The translations under genes and the position numbers were made by a program. 20,000 bases of DNA from an uncultured virus (IMG/VR IMGVR_UViG_3300028394_000067) (taxonomy: Duplodnaviria; Heunggongvirae; Uroviricota; Caudoviricetes), in IMG/VR virus record IMGVR_UViG_3300028394_000067; one strand, given 5' to 3'. The notes under the pieces are model-generated. The model ran no database searches. It was not told the origin of the DNA and was given only the letters and a program-made list of their open reading frames with translations. Position 1 is the stretch's first letter; the number at the start of each line of letters is the position of its first letter. This document shows positions 8,501 to 16,231 of the stretch, in pieces.

Positions 8501-9368
8501 TAAAGACTTTATATCGCCGAATGCTCGTCGTTATCTAGATATTATTTCTTTTGCTGAGGGTACCCTCGGTCCTAAAGGTACACCTCGGTATGACATTACG
8601 TTTGGGTATACACCTATAACTAATAAATTGGTGGCCCACCCCAGACGTTTAGTTTCTAGTGGAGGCCATACAAGTGATGCTGCGGGCGCGTATCAATTTT
8701 TGTCAACGACGTGGAATAGGGTAGCTCCTATGGTGGGGGCCAAAGATTTTGGGCCGCGATCTCAAGACTTAGCGGCGTTGCAGTTAATTCGCATGCGTGG
8801 AGTTAATCCCGATCGCGATCCGATCTCACCTAACACTATTGCTCGCCTTGCCCCTGAGTGGGCATCCTTACCTACGTTGCAAGGAAAAAGTTATTGGGGT
8901 CAGCCAGTTAGATCTTTTAACGATATTCAACGTTTTGTACAGAACCGTGGCGGCGGTGCTTCAGTTTCTTATGATCCTTCAGTCCGGTACGCAGCTCCTG
9001 AAGGTACCGGTGAACCTGGTGGCACTCAAGGTCAACCAACAAATAGAGCCTATGATCCAGTTGTCGCAAGTGTAATTACTGGACTTTTAAAACAAGCAGG
9101 AGAAGGTAATAAAGAGTTAGAAAGGTCAACACTTTCTAGTCCGCCGCTTGTTGAGTTTAAAGGAGAGGAGGACGGTGATGCTTCCTCCGATAAAGTTTTA
9201 TCGTATCTTATGGAGGCTAAAGAAGATGAAGAGACTAAGGCTGCACTTCGAGCGCGAAACCAAGCAATTGCGTCTGCTGAAAGTGCTCAAGCGGAAACTC
9301 AAGACAAACTAAATAGACTTATGCTTCAAGCACAACAAGCTTTTACTACTCCTAGACCTGTAATTTAG
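8493..9368 (+). CDS. Lambda-R-type muramidase (GH104) with long C-terminal extension
   Basis: LDIISFAEGT (catalytic Glu), HP, SDAAGAYQFLSTTW, DFGPRSQD, EWASLP, YWGQP. GAGGAG RBS before ATG 8493. Confidence 0.9.
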   Translation: MTNKDFISPNARRYLDIISFAEGTLGPKGTPRYDITFGYTPITNKLVAHPRRLVSSGGHTSDAAGAYQFLSTTWNRVAPMVGAKDFGPRSQDLAALQLIRMRGVNPDRDPISPNTIARLAPEWASLPTLQGKSYWGQPVRSFNDIQRFVQNRGGGASVSYDPSVRYAAPEGTGEPGGTQGQPTNRAYDPVVASVITGLLKQAGEGNKELERSTLSSPPLVEFKGEEDGDASSDKVLSYLMEAKEDEETKAALRARNQAIASAESAQAETQDKLNRLMLQAQQAFTTPRPVI

Positions 9369-9406
9369 GGTTAAACTTAAATGACTGTCTCTCGCAGCAA
9401 AGTAAG

Positions 9407-10207
9407 ATGAGTTTTTCTGTAGGTGACTTAGGGTTTAATTACGGTGACTATAGCGTTAACCCAGGTGGGTTTACGTATCCAACTGGAGACTTTTCAGGTG
9501 GGTTTTCTATGGGTGACTTAGGAGTTAACTATGGAAATTACAGTGTCAATAATCCTTTTGCTAAGGCACAAAGCGGCGGTGGTTTTTTTAATCAAGCTGG
9601 TCAGTTTGTAGACAGTCTCGGTAGGCTTATACCAGGCGTAACTAATATTGCTAAGGCTTATCAAGATATTGCTGGTGTCGGAGCTCAACAATCTCCAGGT
9701 ATTTTTAACAAACAATTAACACAAGAATCTTTAGATAAAATAAACACGGAACGCAAAAATACTACGGAGCAGATAGCTGCAACTTTTCAAAGGATCGCTG
9801 GTTTAACCGGAAAAAATATACCCGGTGCTGTCAACGAATACATTGCAGCGTTTAACAAATACATGCCTGAAGCTGAGCAAAAAGGTTTGACGCAAATAGC
9901 AACACCGCCCGAGATCGCAACTGAATATGGTCGTTTAAAAAATCGTGTAGATGAAAGTAATACACAATACAGTACTTTATTAAACCCACGGTATCAAGCT
10001 GCTTATAAAGCCCCTGATGCAATTGCCTCTATTAATACTCAGGCTATTAAAGATGTTATGAGTTTTAGTCCCGCTAACCGTGAACTGTACAACTACAGCG
10101 ACCCTCAAAGTCAGAGAAACATTTATGGTCGACCTGAGGCTAATGCTAATCTTGCACAGTTTTATGCTGGGAACCAAGCCGTTAATGATCTAATGAGTTA
10201 CGGGTAA
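9407..10207 (+). CDS. Hypothetical protein, putative internal virion protein
   Basis: 266-aa Cys-free ORF with an N-terminal duplicated motif S(V/M)GDLG(F/V)NYG(D/N)YSVN and a helical remainder. Confidence 0.65.
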   Translation: MSFSVGDLGFNYGDYSVNPGGFTYPTGDFSGGFSMGDLGVNYGNYSVNNPFAKAQSGGGFFNQAGQFVDSLGRLIPGVTNIAKAYQDIAGVGAQQSPGIFNKQLTQESLDKINTERKNTTEQIAATFQRIAGLTGKNIPGAVNEYIAAFNKYMPEAEQKGLTQIATPPEIATEYGRLKNRVDESNTQYSTLLNPRYQAAYKAPDAIASINTQAIKDVMSFSPANRELYNYSDPQSQRNIYGRPEANANLAQFYAGNQAVNDLMSYG

Positions 10208-10479
10208 TGAGAGCTATAGGTAAAACAGGAGCAGAAAGACGTGCTGATAGTTTTGGTTCGCGAAGAGAATCGCACGTCGACAGAGAACCTCGTTTTTTAA
10301 GATTTGCTGGACAATTGTTTAACTTAAAGCCTAGGAGAGAACCAAACTACACAGGCAAACCTTCCGGTTTAAATTTTGGTAATCGAGATTCTTTTGGCCC
10401 TGATGATTCGTGGGCGACTAAGGAACCTATTACGTATAAACCCGTCCCAGACTACTATACATCTCACGAAACTTACTAA
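10207..10479 (+). CDS. Hypothetical protein
   Basis: 90-aa ORF coupled to the upstream stop (TAATG); overlaps the convergent minus-strand gene by 50 nt. Confidence 0.55.
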   Translation: MRAIGKTGAERRADSFGSRRESHVDREPRFLRFAGQLFNLKPRREPNYTGKPSGLNFGNRDSFGPDDSWATKEPITYKPVPDYYTSHETY

Positions 10480-11008
10480 CGCTTGATTCGTACTGTGTCA
10501 CAGGAGGTAAGTAGTAAATAAAACCAAACACCCTGCAGTTTTTTAAAGGTTTTAAAGTTTCGTCATCAATTAACAATTTTGGTTTATTTTTCAGGATACA
10601 CAGAGGAAAATCAAAATTAATTCGTTGCGTCGAGATAAAAGCAACCTCAGTAGAAGTTATAAACAAAATTCCCTGCTCAAATTCTTTATGAAGCCATTTT
10701 CTATATGCTTGTTCTAACCAGATACGTTGGTTTGATTTTTTAAATTGATTGTTTTTTGTAAATAACTTAATTGGCTTTGGCTGCTCGTGCTTTAGCGCAA
10801 CAGCTCTGGGAGGGTAAAGATAAATATTTTTAGCCTTCCAGGTCTGAACTAAACCGTTATTTTGCCAGTTAAAATATCGCTCAGCCTGTACAACTTGGTT
10901 TGCGTGTTCACTGGAGGCTGGATCTAAATCAATTGATCCACCATAAAACGCGGCTGTAAGAGCAATTAATTCCGGCGGCGAAACAAAATCTTTAGAGGAT
11001 AAGACCAC
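10430..11008 (-). CDS. Phage DNA N6-adenine methyltransferase-like protein with atypical catalytic motif
   Basis: IDLDPAS..AN..V.A..YF....NGL...W layout typical of phage Dam-like MTases, but YPPR occupies the NPPY position. Confidence 0.72.
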   Translation of the reverse strand: MVLSSKDFVSPPELIALTAAFYGGSIDLDPASSEHANQVVQAERYFNWQNNGLVQTWKAKNIYLYPPRAVALKHEQPKPIKLFTKNNQFKKSNQRIWLEQAYRKWLHKEFEQGILFITSTEVAFISTQRINFDFPLCILKNKPKLLIDDETLKPLKNCRVFGFIYYLPPVTQYESSVSKFREMYSSLGRVYT

Positions 11009-11411
11009 GAGAAAATTCGTCTATACGTTTATTCACCTGTTGCGGATCTATAAGGTGTAGAGATACTCCTTCAGGTTGGATCATTGCAACGAGTGCTAGG
11101 TTTTCGTCCTCGTGCTCTTCGATAAATTTATCTACCTTCTTCAGCATTCGGCAAACTTCTTTGTGCATCATTTCTTCAGCTAACGCTAGATCTCTATACA
11201 GATCTTTTGTCGTTAGGTACTTACTCTTTTGTGGATCTTCAGGGTTAAAAACTAAGATGCCCTTGCCTAAAGACTTCTTGTTATCAAAATAAATTTTTGT
11301 GATGTCAGCCAGAATGGTTCGCATCACCCCCGCAGCAATCATTGTTTCTGTTTCGTTTCCATGAAACAGTTGTTTAACCAACATTGCTGCGTTCTTTGAA
11401 AGATTAGTCAT
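10992..11411 (-). CDS. Hypothetical protein
   Basis: 139-aa ORF overlapping both neighbours in a compact operon. Confidence 0.7.
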   Translation of the reverse strand: MTNLSKNAAMLVKQLFHGNETETMIAAGVMRTILADITKIYFDNKKSLGKGILVFNPEDPQKSKYLTTKDLYRDLALAEEMMHKEVCRMLKKVDKFIEEHEDENLALVAMIQPEGVSLHLIDPQQVNKRIDEFSRGLIL

Positions 11412-11733
11412 TGTTTTGAAAGTTGCTCCAGGCTGATTGGATAATGGCGTGTGGATCGTACAGGAACTTTGAACTGTTTTGTTCGGCTGGGTCAGTTTTG
11501 CAGTAATGAGTACCCTGCACTAAACCAGATTTGCCTCCCGATGTTATGCCTTGATAAACTAGCTTATCAAGAGTAACTGTCGGTACGTTAAGACGTTGGC
11601 AAATAACTTTTTTTGAAACAAAAACTGTTGTTCTTTTGTCGCTACTTTTACTTAACGCAATTAGTTGCAGAGACGTATCAATACTAATTATTGCGTCTCG
11701 TATCTGTTTGATTTCTCGAAGTGCAGAGTCCAT
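11404..11733 (-). CDS. Hypothetical protein, possible excisionase-like winged HTH
   Basis: ATG 11733 (MDSALREIK) preferred to 11859. N-terminal coiled-coil-like helix, then FVSKKVICQRLNVPTVTLDKLV..G..GTHY, an HTH-like pattern. Confidence 0.55.
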   Translation of the reverse strand: MDSALREIKQIRDAIISIDTSLQLIALSKSSDKRTTVFVSKKVICQRLNVPTVTLDKLVYQGITSGGKSGLVQGTHYCKTDPAEQNSSKFLYDPHAIIQSAWSNFQNND

Positions 11734-11749
11734 GTGATAAAGAAAAATA

Positions 11750-11861
11750 GAGGGGCTCCTCAAACCACCTGGTACCAGGCAATTTAAGCGAATTGCTGCG
11801 GTGTGGAAAGGACGAAAACACGAGCCGCACCCCTCGTGCCAACGTGGCCCTTGTTTCACGC
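11750..11861 (-). ncRNA. Candidate structured cis-regulatory RNA/attenuator
   Basis: GC-rich intergenic region with five adjacent inverted repeats; G-U pairs extend two stems only in the minus orientation. No family recognised. Confidence 0.35.
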
Positions 11862-11869
11862 TGACTGCT

Positions 11870-12337
11870 TCAGTCTAGAAGTAATTCAAGTTGTGTCACA
11901 AAGTCCTTTGGTTCATCAGCTAAGAGCCTAATCAGTTTATGCAGTTTCTGATCCATGTCAAGTTTTTCTGGTGTGTTCTTTATTAACCAATAGTTATGCG
12001 CGTTTAGAAGATAATAGTGTGTTTGCTTTGCTCTTAAAGCTTGTGTCTTCCATTTTTCAAAATCAAAGCTGCTGTTGTGTCGTGAATTACCTCCGCGCAA
12101 CTCTAGTTCTCTGATTTCAATCTGTAAATCTATATCTTTAACTATGAACTCAAGTGAACTAATAATTGCTTTACATTCTTGGATTGTTTTTGGAGGTTCG
12201 TTATCCGTATAAATCCAAAACGGTAAACTTAGAACTCTTTGTTCTTCGGGCCAGAGAAAAGGTTTTGGCGGCTGTGGGCTATCCGCTGTAGTTGAGAAAT
12301 TGGAGGACTTGGCCGATAAATAAGTTGAAGTTGCCAT
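11870..12337 (-). CDS. Hypothetical helical protein
   Basis: 155-aa ORF with a coiled-coil-like core; part of the leftward operon. Confidence 0.7.
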   Translation of the reverse strand: MATSTYLSAKSSNFSTTADSPQPPKPFLWPEEQRVLSLPFWIYTDNEPPKTIQECKAIISSLEFIVKDIDLQIEIRELELRGGNSRHNSSFDFEKWKTQALRAKQTHYYLLNAHNYWLIKNTPEKLDMDQKLHKLIRLLADEPKDFVTQLELLLD

Positions 12338-12497
12338 TTAAACAGTACAAAGAATGTTGTTCAAAACTCGTTTTGATTACGAGCTCAAGCCTGTGAAGCT
12401 TGTTAAGCTGGGACCTAGTCGTGTTTGTAGACTGCCCTAGTGCTGTTGATAGCTCCGTAATATTCGCGGGTTGCAAATACTGTAGCTCCTCAATCAA
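12279..12497 (-). CDS. Winged helix-turn-helix protein (ArsR/MarR-like)
   Basis: LQPANITELSTALGQSTNTTRSQLNKLHRLELV...YCL. Likely TTG start at 12497 overlapping the upstream TGA (TTGA). Confidence 0.7.
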   Translation of the reverse strand: MIEELQYLQPANITELSTALGQSTNTTRSQLNKLHRLELVIKTSFEQHSLYCLNGNFNLFIGQVLQFLNYSG

Positions 12498-13186
12498 GCA
12501 ACTAAGCTTTTGGATTTCTCGGCGTCTGATCTTATTAACTGTATTACTCTCAGAGACAGCTCGAGCGAGAGCTGATCGTGCAATAGACGCTGCGTGGTTT
12601 TTGCCGAAATTCCCTGAACAGCTAATTTCTGGATGTAGAACCGAACTGGTTTCGTGATTTTTGCCGCTGGACTTTCTGCTATGCATAGATGATAAGGATT
12701 TATGCAGTTGGAATCAGAACAAGTCGAACGAACAAAGTTTGTAGCCTTTAACTTTTTCTTCCAGAAAATTTCATAAACAAATCGTTTTGTCCTTGTAGAA
12801 CGTTCGTTGTCCCGGTCGCGACAATAGCCTAGATCAGCTGGTAAGTACAGGTGCTCTTTTTTGTCTAAGACAAAGCGGTGCCGCTCGATCCAAGCCATAA
12901 GGTGTGCTGTTTTACCCCGTGCAAATTCAAACTCCTGACGGCAGACCTCGCAAGCGCGGATCAAATCATTTGGTAGTCGAACTTTTTTCATGTCCTTCTG
13001 AGGGACGACCAGAGGATCAGAACGACCGCAAAGGCAACTCCAGACAGCGACGTGGTCGTAGTGCTGGATTAACCAGTGGCCTTTGTGTTCTGTGTGGTCT
13101 GGCTTTACTGAGGGAACTGTTAGTGGGTGACCGTCTGAGAGTTCCAGTAAACCTAGAAGTAGTAGAGCTCGTTGGGAAAACGCCAT
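12494..13186 (-). CDS. HNH/His-Cys-type homing-endonuclease-like zinc protein, probably degenerate
   Basis: WSCLCG and CEVC pairs, KRFVYE, VRSTCSDSNCINPYHL (canonical: HR..Y..V.H.C.N..C.NP.HL), and a C-terminal HTH-like segment. Confidence 0.65.
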   Translation of the reverse strand: MAFSQRALLLLGLLELSDGHPLTVPSVKPDHTEHKGHWLIQHYDHVAVWSCLCGRSDPLVVPQKDMKKVRLPNDLIRACEVCRQEFEFARGKTAHLMAWIERHRFVLDKKEHLYLPADLGYCRDRDNERSTRTKRFVYEIFWKKKLKATNFVRSTCSDSNCINPYHLCIAESPAAKITKPVRFYIQKLAVQGISAKTTQRLLHDQLSLELSLRVIQLIRSDAEKSKSLVA

Positions 13187-13207
13187 AGGTTAGACGTGTT
13201 TGGGTAG

Positions 13208-13216
13208 AGTATAGCA
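13208..13216 (-). promoter_or_regulatory. Extended -10 promoter for the leftward operon
   Basis: Minus strand TGcTATACT, 21 nt upstream of ATG 13186. Confidence 0.6.
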
Positions 13217-13524
13217 CACAGAACGCTCTGAAGCTCATAGTCTATGGGGTAAGTGCAAATATTCTATTAAATCTAATCTTCTATTACTAAAAAGAGTCGA
13301 CAACTGATATGCGCGGCTTTAACTGTATTTAAAAAGTTCCGAAGCAACGAAAATTGGTACTTGTTATTTACCTGATAAGTATTAAGTTACTTTATAAGTC
13401 TCGAATTTAGTTAATTTAAAGTACCTTACTACGCGAAACTTGAGTGTCAGTGAGCTGCGTAGAAAAACTTTTTGGGTTTTAGTTTACCGAAGAACCAGTG
13501 TGGACTACCAAACCTTAACGGAGG

Positions 13525-13533
13525 TGTTACAAT
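13525..13533 (+). promoter_or_regulatory. Extended -10 promoter
   Basis: TGtTACAAT, 22 nt upstream of ATG 13556. Confidence 0.55.
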
Positions 13534-13555
13534 TTGAATAACACTACACTGATCT

Positions 13556-13726
13556 ATGTCCAAGATCATAGACAAGCCTCTGGACAATCCTTCTTGGACA
13601 GAGTTGAAGATCAGGTCTACGCTGCTCGGTGTGCCTGCCTGGCGCTTAGCTGAAGATCTGGCTTTCCACCAAAAAGACGGAACACTAGTTCTAAGTTCTT
13701 CTTCTCCAGTCAAGGTTAGAGTTTAA
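13556..13726 (+). CDS. Small hypothetical protein (56 aa; not in ORF track)
   Basis: MSKIIDKPLDNPSWTELKIRSTLLGVPAWRLAEDLAFHQKDGTLVLSSSSPVKVRV*, preceded by an extended -10. Confidence 0.55.
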   Translation: MSKIIDKPLDNPSWTELKIRSTLLGVPAWRLAEDLAFHQKDGTLVLSSSSPVKVRV

Positions 13727-13800
13727 ATTACTAAGATCTTTTGTTTTTCGGTCGAACTCAGTTAAACTGGGAGCTAAGGAGGGGTTACGTTTGTTTGTAA

Positions 13801-14691
13801 ATGACCGAATTAAACGTCCCTTCATGCCCTACTCACGGTTCGTTACCCCGTTCACTCCATTCGGAGAATTTTGAGGGTATCGTTACTGTTGTTTCAAACC
13901 TCATCGAGACGGTAAGCGGAGTGGGAACTGTAAGCTATTCTCGTTGCCCTTACGGGTATCCTTCTAATTTTGAAGGCGTTGTCCGCGTATTAGAAGATTT
14001 AAATACAACTGTAAGTGGTATACAAGGAGGTGGAGGCGGCGGCTCTGCTAGTGGAATTGTTGGTGGTTCAGGTATTTATATTGTTCAAAGTGGTAGTTTT
14101 CAAGTCATTAACGCCACTGTGTTATCAGCTTCAGGTATTGCTTACACAGCTGGCTCTGGGCTTTTTCTTAGTAACGCCGGGACAACCTTTAATCTTTTTG
14201 CAACCGGACAAGGAAATGTATCTGTATTGTATAGCGGAAGTCTTGCGGTAATTAGTGGTGCTGGAAGTTCCAGTGCTGGCGGCTCTGCCGCTATTATTTC
14301 TGGCGCACCAGGAGCCGGGTACGGAGCTGGGCAACTTTGGTTTGATACGAACGAAGGACGGTTGTTTGTTTATGCTTCAGGTAACGGAGTTTCCGCTCCC
14401 GCTTGGTATCAGACCAATGCTGAAGCGTTAGTGAATAAAAGTTCCGCACCTCCTTCAGGCGCAGGACTAAACGCTCCTTTAAGAGACGGACTGCTGTGGT
14501 TTAATACGTTAATGGGTAATTTGTTTGTATACGATGCTACTAGTAGTGGTTGGTACGAAACAGGACCGGTTAGATCAGCAGCATATGGTGCTGCAGCACC
14601 TTCGGTTAACAGTACTCCAGGCGCTGGTTGGTTTAACACTACGAGTCAAAGTCTGCTTATTTGGGATGGTTCCAACTGGATTTCAGTGTAA
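13801..14691 (+). CDS. Tail fibre/fibre-adaptor protein
   Basis: Duplicated NFEG(I/V)V.V.....TVSG N-terminal motif, Gly/Ser linker, three GxxWF(D/N)T....L(F/L)(V/I)(Y/W) modules typical of phage fibres. Confidence 0.75.
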   Translation: MTELNVPSCPTHGSLPRSLHSENFEGIVTVVSNLIETVSGVGTVSYSRCPYGYPSNFEGVVRVLEDLNTTVSGIQGGGGGGSASGIVGGSGIYIVQSGSFQVINATVLSASGIAYTAGSGLFLSNAGTTFNLFATGQGNVSVLYSGSLAVISGAGSSSAGGSAAIISGAPGAGYGAGQLWFDTNEGRLFVYASGNGVSAPAWYQTNAEALVNKSSAPPSGAGLNAPLRDGLLWFNTLMGNLFVYDATSSGWYETGPVRSAAYGAAAPSVNSTPGAGWFNTTSQSLLIWDGSNWISV

Positions 14692-14712
14692 AATATAATT
14701 ATTTTTTGAACT

Positions 14713-14835
14713 ATGGCCAACCCGAAAGATAAAGTCAATAAAATTGACAGTAAGCCAAAACGAACTCGTCAGGGTCAAGGTCTACATAGTCGCCCGTCTC
14801 ACGGTAGAAAAAAACTAAGGGGACAAGGAAAATAA
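14713..14835 (+). CDS. Small basic protein (40 aa; not in ORF track)
   Basis: MANPKDKVNKIDSKPKRTRQGQGLHSRPSHGRKKLRGQGK*; the PK.TRQG.G...RGQGK pattern resembles small cyanophage proteins. TAAAAT box at 14689-14694. Confidence 0.7.
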   Translation: MANPKDKVNKIDSKPKRTRQGQGLHSRPSHGRKKLRGQGK

Positions 14836-14870
14836 GGATTAAAGTTATTTAGTGATCTTTTAAATTTAAA

Positions 14871-15254
14871 ATGGCTATTACTTCCTTTACGACCACTGAC
14901 GCTGTTTCCCAAGGTAATGCTGTTTACCTTACTTCTAGTGGATTTTTAGGTAAAGCCATAGCAACAAACTTTACCCAATCGGCTGTTGTCGGATTAGCGT
15001 TGAATTCCGCTAATTCATCTAACCTTGTTAGTGTTGCTGGAGATTCTGTTTTTATCTCTTCGCTTACATTGACTCCAGGAACTCTACAGTATTTATCTAT
15101 CTCTTCATCAGGATCTTTGGTAGATTATCCTACCTGGCAAACTCAGTTCAATTCCCTAGTAGCTTCGGGGGCTTTTTTAACCAGCGTGGGCCGCGCAGTT
15201 AGTTCTTCAGGAATAAGTTTAGAAATTGAAAAACCTATCTATGTTACAAAGTAG
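14871..15254 (+). CDS. Putative virion decoration/fibre-base protein
   Basis: DAVSQGNAVYL..A.A.....VVGLA...LTPG..YLS..G....VG.A.S....LEIEKPI; apparent paralogue of 16849-17352. Confidence 0.65.
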   Translation: MAITSFTTTDAVSQGNAVYLTSSGFLGKAIATNFTQSAVVGLALNSANSSNLVSVAGDSVFISSLTLTPGTLQYLSISSSGSLVDYPTWQTQFNSLVASGAFLTSVGRAVSSSGISLEIEKPIYVTK

Positions 15255-16137
15255 GCATTTCATAATCCTGCGTAACATTTACGTAATGTTTCCATATTAC
15301 TTCTGAACTGTTTCCCGCCCACTTAGCTGCTTGTGCCACAGGAATTTTTTCTTCTAACCAACGGCTGATTGCTGTATGCCGCAAATCATAAGGTCTGTAT
15401 CTGTGAGTTATTAACCCAGCTTCTAGTAACTCTTTTGCGCGATCGTAGAAAAAACTCATGAATGCGTATCTGTTGTAAGGAAATACGTAGTCATCTATTT
15501 TAGGTTGTTCTTTTAAAATTGCTTGCGTTCGGGTGTTTAGAGGCACAAGTCGTTTTTTATTGGTTTTAGTTGAGTTTTTTAAACCATGTGTAAGTGTGTA
15601 ATTGCAGTGCACTAAAATTTTATCTTCTTTTATGTCACTCCACTGTATTGCTCTTACTTCACCTGTTCGCATAGCTGTTTGTAGCATGAATTCTGCATAA
15701 GCCGCCCAATTTTGTTTTTTTTGTCTTTCTTTAAACGTGTTTAATAATATCGAAGTTTCGTTGCGGGGAATCACAATAATTTCTTCATCCTGCTGCGGTG
15801 GTTTTGGCATTCTGTATTTAGCTATTGGGTTTTTTGTCAGATAACCTATCTCATCGCTGGAAGCCCAAGCATATAATGCTTTTATGTACATACAAACACG
15901 TCTAGCTGACTTAACAGGTTGTTGTCCTAGGGTCCATCGCATTAGTTCTCTGCCTTCTTCTAAATCAGTTACCGGACATCGATTAAGCCATTTAAAAGTC
16001 TGTTTATAGTCACTTACTAAACTTGTTGGGCACAGGATAACGCTTCGTTCTGCGTGGAATTTTTGCCAAGCTTCTTGAATTGTAGGAGTTTGCACGGACT
16101 GGAGGGACAGAGAGTCCTCAAAGTATACTGGGGTCAT
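15244..16137 (-). CDS. Tyrosine recombinase (integrase/invertase family)
   Basis: MRTGE (Arg), KNSTKT (Lys), YDLRHT (xxxR), AGNS and WKHY (Tyr nucleophile), plus an N-terminal core-binding region ending NP. The Y..RH/GNS variant is typical of cyanobacterial members. Start may be GTG 16095. Confidence 0.92.
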   Translation of the reverse strand: MTPVYFEDSLSLQSVQTPTIQEAWQKFHAERSVILCPTSLVSDYKQTFKWLNRCPVTDLEEGRELMRWTLGQQPVKSARRVCMYIKALYAWASSDEIGYLTKNPIAKYRMPKPPQQDEEIIVIPRNETSILLNTFKERQKKQNWAAYAEFMLQTAMRTGEVRAIQWSDIKEDKILVHCNYTLTHGLKNSTKTNKKRLVPLNTRTQAILKEQPKIDDYVFPYNRYAFMSFFYDRAKELLEAGLITHRYRPYDLRHTAISRWLEEKIPVAQAAKWAGNSSEVIWKHYVNVTQDYEMPTL

Positions 16138-16231
16138 CGACGGTATGATATATACTTAAATTATTTTTTTTCATCGCTTCTTCTGGACTGAAGTTGGCAT
16201 ATAATTATGTTGTGCAAGTTGTAAATTTACA

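Noticed and set aside
11803..11821. GTGGAAAGGACGAAA resembles the human U6 promoter 3' end used in vectors and part of a hammerhead core
   Set aside because: No flanking vector sequence and no upstream CTGANGA core; treated as coincidence.
11840..11861. Minus-strand CGTG...AGGGCCACGTT recalls the 5' stem of pistol ribozymes, and the element also contains ACCA like a tRNA end
   Set aside because: The following UUAAAU linker and P2/P3 arrangement are absent, and there is no T-loop or cloverleaf.
12498..12686. N-terminal extension of the wHTH ORF as given in the track (start 12686)
   Set aside because: It overlaps the upstream HNH-like gene by about 190 nt; the coupled TTG start at 12497 is more plausible.
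15244..16137. Recombinase as a classical prophage integrase marking a prophage boundary
   Set aside because: Phage structural genes continue on both sides with no tRNA or host genes. An attP role in an unintegrated genome cannot be fully excluded.
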